Position numbers and translations under genes: made by a program | From: Melioribacteraceae bacterium | GTDB lineage: Bacteria; Bacteroidota; Ignavibacteria; Ignavibacteriales; Melioribacteraceae | Assembly: GCA_041658245.1 (NCBI GenBank) | Contig: JBBAAM010000007.1 | Span: 4,089 to 68,088 of the forward strand | Reading direction: 5' to 3' | DNA length: 64,000 bases | The notes under the pieces: generated by a model | Databases searched by the model: none | What the model was told of the DNA's origin: nothing | The model's input: only the letters and a program-made list of their open reading frames with translations | Part shown: piece by piece, positions 57,868 to 64,000 of the stretch | How positions within the stretch are numbered: the stretch's first letter is position 1 | Layout of the letters: each line of letters opens with the position of its first letter

Positions 57868-58293
57868 TTAGTCTTCGACTGTAAAACCCATACTACGTGC
57901 AGTACCAGAAACCATACTCATTGCATGATCAACATCATGAGCATTTAGATCCGGCATTTTTATCTGTGCAATTTCACGAACTTGAGCTTTTGTTACTTTA
58001 GCAACTTTTGTTTTGTTTGGTTCAGCAGAACCTTTTTCAACCTTTGCCGCTTTCTTTAATAAGATTGCAGCCGGAGGTGTTTTTGTAATAAACGTAAAGG
58101 ACTTGTCGGAAAAAACTGTTATCACAACAGGAATAATTAACCCTTGTTTATCAGAAGTTCTTGCATTGAACTGCTTGCAAAACTCCATAATGTTGACACC
58201 TTTCTGACCTAAAGCAGGACCCACCGGTGGTGAAGGATTTGCTGCACCAGCGGATATTTGCAATTTAATATAACTATCAATTTTTTTTGCCAT
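57868..58293 (-). CDS. rplK: 50S ribosomal protein L11
   Basis: [35 protein letters not shown]. Confidence 0.95.
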   Translation of the reverse strand: MAKKIDSYIKLQISAGAANPSPPVGPALGQKGVNIMEFCKQFNARTSDKQGLIIPVVITVFSDKSFTFITKTPPAAILLKKAAKVEKGSAEPNKTKVAKVTKAQVREIAQIKMPDLNAHDVDHAMSMVSGTARSMGFTVED

Positions 58294-58311
58294 CGTTTAA
58301 CCTATATCAAT

Positions 58312-58857
58312 TTATTTTTCAAATTCAGCTTGAGCAAAATCAATTTCGACAGGAGTTTTTCTTCCAAAGATCGAAACCATGACTTTGATTTTTAATTTTT
58401 CTTCATTCACTTCTTGTATAAAACCAGAAAAATTATTAAAAGGACCGTCAACAATTTTTACAAAATCGCCTGTCCTAAAAATAGTCTCAGTTCTTTCTGT
58501 TTCATTATCCTGAGATAATCTACCAACGATTCTTTTTACTTCTTCAGGTTGAAGTGGTACAGGATGATTTACAGATCCGAGAAAGCCCATAACAGACGGT
58601 GTGTTGATAATAAAATCTTTTGCTTTAATATCTAGATCAACACAAACCAATATATAACCGGGGAAAAAATTTTTCATTTTAGTTTTTTTCTTGCCGTCTT
58701 TTACTTCAAAAACTTTCTCGGTTGGAACAAGTACATCAAAGATTCTTGAACGAAGTTCTTCATTTTCTTTTAATTCAGCATCTATCAATGTCTTAACTTT
58801 ATTCTCATGACCAGAAAAGGTTCTGACAACATACCATCTAGCTTTTTCGTTTTCCAA
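58312..58857 (-). CDS. nusG: Transcription termination/antitermination factor NusG
   Basis: WYVVRTFSGHENKV (NGN domain) and KOW motif GDFVKIVDGPFNNFSG. Confidence 0.95.
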   Translation of the reverse strand: MENEKARWYVVRTFSGHENKVKTLIDAELKENEELRSRIFDVLVPTEKVFEVKDGKKKTKMKNFFPGYILVCVDLDIKAKDFIINTPSVMGFLGSVNHPVPLQPEEVKRIVGRLSQDNETERTETIFRTGDFVKIVDGPFNNFSGFIQEVNEEKLKIKVMVSIFGRKTPVEIDFAQAEFEK

Positions 58858-58859
58858 GA

Positions 58860-59042
58860 TTAAAAAATTCCTTGTAATATTTTATTTACAGCCATATCAA
58901 CTATATAAGTAAAAGCTGCAAGGACTAAACAAACTATGATCACAACTGAAGTTGATTCTTTCAATTCTTCACGAGTTGGCCAAGTAACTTTTTTCATTTC
59001 TTTTACAACATCATTAACAAAGTTGACTATTTTTTCTTTCAT
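58860..59042 (-). CDS. secE: Preprotein translocase subunit SecE (60 aa)
   Basis: MKEKIVNFVNDVVKEMKKVTWPTREEL plus a single TM. The start is set at an internal ATG because the tracked extension overlaps tRNA-Trp. Confidence 0.85.
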   Translation of the reverse strand: MKEKIVNFVNDVVKEMKKVTWPTREELKESTSVVIIVCLVLAAFTYIVDMAVNKILQGIF

Positions 59043-59066
59043 GAAATTTTTCTTTTTTATTGGTTG

Positions 59067-59139
59067 CACGTCAGGAGGGACTCGAACCCCCAACCTGCGG
59101 TTTTGGAGACCGCTGCTCTACCAATTGAGCCACTGACGT
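59067..59139 (-). tRNA. tRNA-Trp (anticodon CCA)
   Basis: ACGTCAG-TG-GCTC-AATTGGTA-GAGC-A-GCGGT-CTCCAAA-ACCGC-AGGTT-GGGGG-TTCGAGT-CCCTC-CTGACGT-G. Canonical position upstream of secE. Confidence 0.9.
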
Positions 59140-59140
59140 A

Positions 59141-59308
59141 TTATTTAGTTTCCTTAAAAACTACATGTTTGCGAACTACTGGATCATATTTCTTAAACTC
59201 AACTCGATTTGGATGTTCCCTTTTATTTTTTTTAGTTGAGTAACGAAATCCTGTATTAGCAGTGCTTTCCAATACAATTATTTGTCTAACGTTTTTTGAT
59301 TTTGCCAT
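59141..59308 (-). CDS. rpmG: 50S ribosomal protein L33 (54 aa)
   Basis: [55 protein letters not shown]. The tracked ORF's N-terminal extension overlaps tRNA-Thr and is rejected. Confidence 0.9.
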   Translation of the reverse strand: MAKSKNVRQIIVLESTANTGFRYSTKKNKREHPNRVEFKKYDPVVRKHVVFKETK

Positions 59309-59356
59309 TTCACCTTTCCTTATTAAAACTATTTCCCGAATTATTATTCGGTATTG

Positions 59357-59429
<73 letters not shown>

Positions 59430-59435
59430 AGTTAG

Positions 59436-59509
59436 AGCGGGAGACGGGACTCGAACCCGCGACCAACAGCTTGGAAGGCTGTGACTCTAGCCAACTGAGT
59501 TACTCCCGC
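59436..59509 (-). tRNA. tRNA-Gly (anticodon UCC)
   Basis: GCGGGAG-TA-ACTC-AGTTGGCTA-GAGT-C-ACAGC-CTTCCAA-GCTGT-TGGTC-GCGGG-TTCGAGT-CCCGT-CTCCCGC-T. Confidence 0.9.
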
Positions 59510-59534
59510 AATAAAACATAACGTAAAGAACTCG

Positions 59535-59618
59535 TGGGCGGCGAGGGATTCGAACCCCCAAAGGCGTATGCCAACGGATTTACAGTCCGCCCCGGCTCTC
59601 CAACTCCGGCGTCCGCCC
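59535..59618 (-). tRNA. tRNA-Tyr (anticodon GUA), long variable arm
   Basis: GGGCGGA-CG-CCGG-AGTTGGAGAG-CCGG-G-GCGGA-CTGTAAA-TCCGT-(14-nt variable arm)-GGGGG-TTCGAAT-CCCTC-GCCGCCC-A. There is one A7/G66 mismatch in the acceptor stem. Confidence 0.85.
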
Positions 59619-59654
59619 AGACGTATTTCACCCGTTTTTGTAAAAACCGAGCTT

Positions 59655-59686
59655 CAAATATAGAATGACTTGGTTAAAAAAGCAAT
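59655..59686 (-). promoter_or_regulatory. Candidate Bacteroidetes-type promoter for the tRNA-rpmG-secE-nusG cluster (TTG - 20 nt - TATATTTG)
   Basis: The minus strand reads ttaTTGcttttttaaccaagtcattcTATATTTG. TATATTTG fits TAnnTTTG and ends about 36 nt upstream of the tRNA-Tyr 5' end. Motif match only. Confidence 0.3.
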
Positions 59687-59719
59687 AAATGTTAGTAATA
59701 ATTCTTCCAAAGTGTGGTA

Positions 59720-61258
59720 TTAATGACCCCAAAGTTCACGGTCTAAGCTTCTGTACTGTATTGCTTCGGAAATAAATTGGGGTAAAATGTCTTTGGAGTT
59801 TTCAAGATCTGCTATTGTACGACTAACTTTTATAATTCTATCAAAAGCACGCGCTGATAAACCAAGTCGTGTCATAGCCATCTTAAGTAGTTCTTCACTT
59901 TTAGAATCTAGTTTGCAGAATTTACGTAATTCTTTTGATGACATATCAGCATTCTTAAAAATGTTTTTCAATCCGATAAATCTTTCCTGCTGGATTTCTC
60001 TGGCTATTATTACTCTTTTCCTAATGTCGGTTGATCTTTCTCCAACAGAACTAGATGCCAGATCTTTGAATTTTACTGCAGGTACTTCAATGTGAATATC
60101 AATACGATCTAAAAGCGGCCCTGAAATCTTTGCCATATATTTTTGAATCTGCATCGTATTACATGTACATTCTTTTGACGGATCGGTGAAGAAACCACAC
60201 GGGCACGGATTCATAGCTGCAGCAAGCATAAAATTTGCGGGAAATTCTAAAGACATTTTCGAACGGCTGACCGTTACTTTGTAATCTTCTAATGGTTGCC
60301 GTAAAACCTCTAATACATTTTTTTTAAACTCAGGTAATTCATCTAAGAAAAGAACACCGTGATGTGCATACGAAACTTCACCAGGACGCGGTATAGTCCC
60401 ACCTCCAATTAAAGCTGCATCAGATATTGTATGATGAGGGCTTCGAAATGGACGTTCTGTAATAAGTGCTTTATCTTTAGCTAATATTCCAGCAACAGAA
60501 TGTATCTTTGTTGTCTCAAGAGCTTCTTCGAAGTTGAGCGGCGGAAGTATTGAAGGAAATCTTTTAGCTAACATTGTTTTGCCTGAGCCTGGCGGACCAA
60601 TCATTAAAATGTTATGACCTCCGGCAGCTGCTATCTCTAAAGCGCGTTTAACATTCTCTTGTCCTTTCACATCTGAAAAATCGAGTGCATAAGTATTGAC
60701 TTGTCCAAACACATCATCTTTGTTCGTATAAACCGGTGTAAATTTTTCTTCTTCATTTAGAAATTGAATTACTTCCATAAGATTATGAAGTCCGAAGACT
60801 TCAATACCATCAACAATAGAAGCTTCTTTCACTGAATCAGTCGGTAAAATTATTTTTTTAATTCCTTTCCCTCTTGCTTCAACAGTTATAGGAAGCGCAC
60901 CTTTTATTTTTCTTAGAGAACCATCTAAAGAAAGTTCCCCCAATAATATTGTTTCATTTAATAAATCTTGTTTTACAATTTCATTTGAAGAAAGAAGTCC
61001 AATAGCAATTGCAAGATCAAATGCACTTCCTTCTTTTTTGATATCTGCAGGCGCAAGATTAATTGTATGTTTTCTGTGAGGTAATTCAATGCCTGAGTTT
61101 TTTATGGCAGCAGTAACCCGCTCGCGGCTTTCTTTAACTGCGTTATCAGGTAAACCTACGATAGTAATGGATGGAATCTGTTTTTCGGAATGAGTTTCAA
61201 CTTCTACTAAGAAAGCATCAATACCAAATGTTGCCCCGGATAAAACTTTTGAAAACAT
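59720..61258 (-). CDS. comM: Mg-chelatase-like AAA+ protein YifB/ComM
   Basis: Lon-protease-like N-terminal domain, Walker A GPPGSGKT, VLFLDELPEF, and a Cys cluster NPCPCG...CTC. Confidence 0.9.
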   Translation of the reverse strand: MFSKVLSGATFGIDAFLVEVETHSEKQIPSITIVGLPDNAVKESRERVTAAIKNSGIELPHRKHTINLAPADIKKEGSAFDLAIAIGLLSSNEIVKQDLLNETILLGELSLDGSLRKIKGALPITVEARGKGIKKIILPTDSVKEASIVDGIEVFGLHNLMEVIQFLNEEEKFTPVYTNKDDVFGQVNTYALDFSDVKGQENVKRALEIAAAGGHNILMIGPPGSGKTMLAKRFPSILPPLNFEEALETTKIHSVAGILAKDKALITERPFRSPHHTISDAALIGGGTIPRPGEVSYAHHGVLFLDELPEFKKNVLEVLRQPLEDYKVTVSRSKMSLEFPANFMLAAAMNPCPCGFFTDPSKECTCNTMQIQKYMAKISGPLLDRIDIHIEVPAVKFKDLASSSVGERSTDIRKRVIIAREIQQERFIGLKNIFKNADMSSKELRKFCKLDSKSEELLKMAMTRLGLSARAFDRIIKVSRTIADLENSKDILPQFISEAIQYRSLDRELWGH

Positions 61259-61335
61259 TAATTGCCCCCAGTTTTATGATTTCAATCTACAAAAAAATCA
61301 TCCAACTAAAACATGTGACAGAGAACTAAAAAATT

Positions 61336-61830
61336 TTATTTAAACTTTCTTAAAAATTCCAATCTATCTTTTAAGTTTTCAACAGGAACAAGTAATTTAT
61401 CTTTTCCAAAAATTGCATCATTTCTGTTTTTGAAAACCAACTCGTAATCTTTGCTCATTACAATTGCTTCTTCGGGACAAACTTCTTCGCAGAAACCACA
61501 GAAGATACAGCGCAGCATATTAATTTCAAATTTTACCGGATATCTTTCTTTTTCCAAATCAGTTTCGGAAGCTTGCACTTCAATTGCAAGTGCGGGACAA
61601 ACTCGAGAACATAACCCGCAAGCTACACAACGCTCAACTCCATTATTTTCTTGAACAAGAACCGGACGACCTCTGTATGACGCCGGTGGTTCAAATTTAA
61701 CTTCAGGATATTGTAAAGTAACATTTGGCCGGAACATACTTTTTAGGGTGAGCGCCATTCCTTTTGCAATTTCAGGAATGTACAATTTCTCAAAAATGTT
61801 CAAATCTTTTTCTCTTTTTTGCCCAGCCAT
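61336..61830 (-). CDS. nuoI: NADH-quinone oxidoreductase subunit I (2x[4Fe-4S] ferredoxin)
   Basis: [12 protein letters not shown] and [12 protein letters not shown] motifs. It follows nuoH. Confidence 0.9.
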   Translation of the reverse strand: MAGQKREKDLNIFEKLYIPEIAKGMALTLKSMFRPNVTLQYPEVKFEPPASYRGRPVLVQENNGVERCVACGLCSRVCPALAIEVQASETDLEKERYPVKFEINMLRCIFCGFCEEVCPEEAIVMSKDYELVFKNRNDAIFGKDKLLVPVENLKDRLEFLRKFK

Positions 61831-61850
61831 CTTATTCCTTTAAAACTTTT

Positions 61851-62882
61851 TTATAAGTTGAATATCATTATCAGTACCGCAACCCAAATTAAATTTGCAA
61901 GTGCTAACGGAAACATAACTTTCCAACCAAGATTCATTAACTGATCATATCTAAACCGGGGTATTGACCATCTTACCCAAATAAAGAAAAACAATATTGC
62001 GCCCATCTTAAATAAAAATGCAGCTACTTGAATTATCGTTGTTATTGTTGTACTCAAACTAAGTTTATCAATATAAGGAACTTGCCAACCGCCAAGATAC
62101 AACGTAACTATCATTCCGCTTGCAATAATCATATTGGCATATTCTGCAAGAAAGAATCCGGCAAATTTAAATGAACTGTACTCAGTATGATACCCTCCTA
62201 CTAATTCCGGTTCGGCTTCGGGCAGATCGAATGGCAGTCTATTTGTTTCTGCAAATGCGGATACAACAAATGTAATAAACCCTATCGGTTGAATAATTGC
62301 ATTCCACATCCAACCGTACTGAGATTCAACAATTTTCATAGGACTTAATGATTGCGACATTAATAAAACGCCGGCAATCGAAAATCCCATTGATACTTCA
62401 TAAGAAATCATTTGAGCGGAAGAACGAATTCCGCCAAGCAAAGAATATTTACTTCCGGAAGACCAACCGGCAAATGTAATTCCATAAACACCTAGAGACG
62501 TTAAAGCGAAAACATAAAGCACACCAATATTTACATCAGCAACAACTAAATTAATTTTATAACCAAAAAGTTCTATTGGCGGACCAATTGGGATAACAGC
62601 ATAAGTAGCAAAAGAAACAAATAGTGCAATGAATGGTGCTAGTGTGTGCAACGGTTTGTTGGCAGCATCAGGAACAATATCTTCTTTAAGAAGCAGCTTA
62701 AAGACATCAGCAAACGGCTGTAGTAATCCCAACCAGCCAACTCTATTTGGCCCAACTCGATTTTGGACCCATGCGCTGATCTTTCTTTCAAAGTAAACTA
62801 AGTAAGCAACTGATAACAGCATTAGAACTACAATGATCAAAATCTTGATCAGCGAAATAATTATAATTTCCCAAATGTTCAT
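61851..62882 (-). CDS. nuoH: NADH-quinone oxidoreductase subunit H
   Basis: Polytopic membrane protein with NuoH/ND1 blocks (ERKISAWVQNRVGPNRVG, FAETNRLPFDLPEAEPELVGGYHTEY). Confidence 0.95.
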   Translation of the reverse strand: MNIWEIIIISLIKILIIVVLMLLSVAYLVYFERKISAWVQNRVGPNRVGWLGLLQPFADVFKLLLKEDIVPDAANKPLHTLAPFIALFVSFATYAVIPIGPPIELFGYKINLVVADVNIGVLYVFALTSLGVYGITFAGWSSGSKYSLLGGIRSSAQMISYEVSMGFSIAGVLLMSQSLSPMKIVESQYGWMWNAIIQPIGFITFVVSAFAETNRLPFDLPEAEPELVGGYHTEYSSFKFAGFFLAEYANMIIASGMIVTLYLGGWQVPYIDKLSLSTTITTIIQVAAFLFKMGAILFFFIWVRWSIPRFRYDQLMNLGWKVMFPLALANLIWVAVLIMIFNL

Positions 62883-62897
62883 AAAACCAAACTCCGT

Positions 62898-64000
62898 TTA
62901 TGCATTTGCTGTTTGTTTGATTTTCAATTGCGCACCATGTTTTCCAATTTCATCGTAATCTAATCCTTTGAATGCAGAATTTGAATTTGCAATTTCAGAA
63001 AATATTTCTTCAGCCATATTAAATTTTATTTTAAAATCAAGCAGTTGAGAAAGAGCTACAAAGATTTTCCAGCTTGGTTTAGAATCATATTTATGTCCTT
63101 GCATCCAACGGTCGAACTCAGTTCCAAATTTATCCCAGCGGCTCATTTCCATTCCATCCAAAGCACGATCCATCTCTTCGGTTGCAACAGCAGGATAAAT
63201 TCTCTGAACTCTTCCTTGAAAATTTACGAATGTGCCGTTCTTTTCTGCAAATGTTGATGCCGGAAAAACTATATCGGCTAACACTGTTGTTCTATTTTCA
63301 TTTGAAGCATGCACAATTAAGAGATCAAGCTTTCCAATTGTTGATTCCCACTCTTCATTAAATGAAGCAGCATCTTCCTCCATTACATACAGCGCTTTTA
63401 TTTTTCCTTCTTTAATTCCTTTTAAGATTGCTGAGATATTCATTCCGCTTGAACCAGGATGAACTCCGACTAATTCTGCACCAAATGAATTTGGAGTTTT
63501 ATCTTCGCGAATTAAAATATCATCTTGATCACCTGAAATAATGTGATCAGCGTAATCAATATTTGTAACACCAAGTAACTTAGCAAACTTTACAAGCGCA
63601 TAATTGTCTTCACAAGTTGCATAAGCTGAACCTATGAATGCGATCTCTCCGCTTTTATAATCTTTCAAACTTTTTGCGGTAACACTTAACGCTTCATTCC
63701 ATGAAACTTTTTGAAGCTGACCTTCTCTACGAATATAAGTTCCATCAATTCGATTTTCAGCGTTCACATTTTTAAATGTATCAAGTCTTCCTTTATCGCA
63801 CATCCAATAGCTGTTAACATCTTTGTTATGTCTTGGTGTTAATCTTAAGATCTCGTTATTTCGAACCCAAACTTCCGTATTGCATCCGCGTGAACATCCG
63901 ACACAAATAGAATCTGTCTTAGACATTTCCCATACGCGCGATTTAAATCTAAAATCTTGATTTGTAAGTGCTCCGACAGGACAAATGTCAGTTGTATTTA
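62898..64000 (-). CDS. nuoG: NADH-quinone oxidoreductase subunit G-like (molybdopterin-domain part), 5'-truncated by window edge
   Basis: The frame stays open upstream of the tracked Met to position 64000 (...NTTDICPVGALTNQDFRFKSRVWEMSKTDSICVGCSRGCN), which is the NuoG [4Fe-4S]/molybdopterin junction. Confidence 0.8.
   Translation of the reverse strand, partial: NTTDICPVGALTNQDFRFKSRVWEMSKTDSICVGCSRGCNTEVWVRNNEILRLTPRHNKDVNSYWMCDKGRLDTFKNVNAENRIDGTYIRREGQLQKVSWNEALSVTAKSLKDYKSGEIAFIGSAYATCEDNYALVKFAKLLGVTNIDYADHIISGDQDDILIREDKTPNSFGAELVGVHPGSSGMNISAILKGIKEGKIKALYVMEEDAASFNEEWESTIGKLDLLIVHASNENRTTVLADIVFPASTFAEKNGTFVNFQGRVQRIYPAVATEEMDRALDGMEMSRWDKFGTEFDRWMQGHKYDSKPSWKIFVALSQLLDFKIKFNMAEEIFSEIANSNSAFKGLDYDEIGKHGAQLKIKQTANA

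Noticed and set aside
58860-59093. Tracked 77-aa ORF extending SecE upstream
   Set aside because: The extension overlaps tRNA-Trp. The internal ATG at 59042 gives a normal 60-aa SecE.

Overview
This is an AT-rich bacterial chromosomal window in which every supportable gene lies on the minus strand. About 60% is the core transcription/translation supercluster. In transcription order it runs: tRNA-Tyr/Gly/Thr, rpmG, tRNA-Trp, secE-nusG-rplKAJL, rpoBC, rpsLG-fusA-tuf, then the S10, spc and alpha operons through rplQ. The right edge carries comM and nuoG(partial)-nuoH-nuoI. The rest holds housekeeping genes: metG, fumC, deoB, an acyl-CoA synthetase, three SurA/PpiD-type chaperones, a MoxR ATPase, an M23 peptidase, an NlpC/P60 peptidase, a short 284-aa sigma-70 and engB. 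The short sigma factor and TAnnTTTG-like promoter motifs suggest a Bacteroidota/Chlorobiota/Ignavibacteriota-group organism, but that is inference only. Small accessory islands sit between these genes. The observations I rate most worth follow-up are listed here. (1) A well-formed tRNA-Gln(UUG) gene lies inside the spc operon between rplR and rpsE. (2) A lysW-homocitrate synthase-lysX-lysY cluster has a 55-aa lysW missing from the ORF track. It is preceded by a perfect ARG-box-like palindrome and followed by a standalone Ntn-type amidotransferase-like gene. (3) Two tandem EutN/CcmL-type microcompartment vertex proteins occur with no shell hexamer genes in the window. They are translationally coupled to deoB, a small ORF, a PIN protein and the sigma factor gene. 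(4) Two orphan DPPY DNA methyltransferases are present: one is flanked by about 28-60 bp direct repeats, the other is preceded by a helically phased TTATGAT array. RelE/ParE-type and HEPN/MNT toxin-antitoxin-like pairs and a GAF protein with a degenerate GGDEF domain are also present. I found no CRISPR array, rRNA, transposase or integrase. All calls come from reading the sequence and the ORF-track translations by eye; no database search was run.
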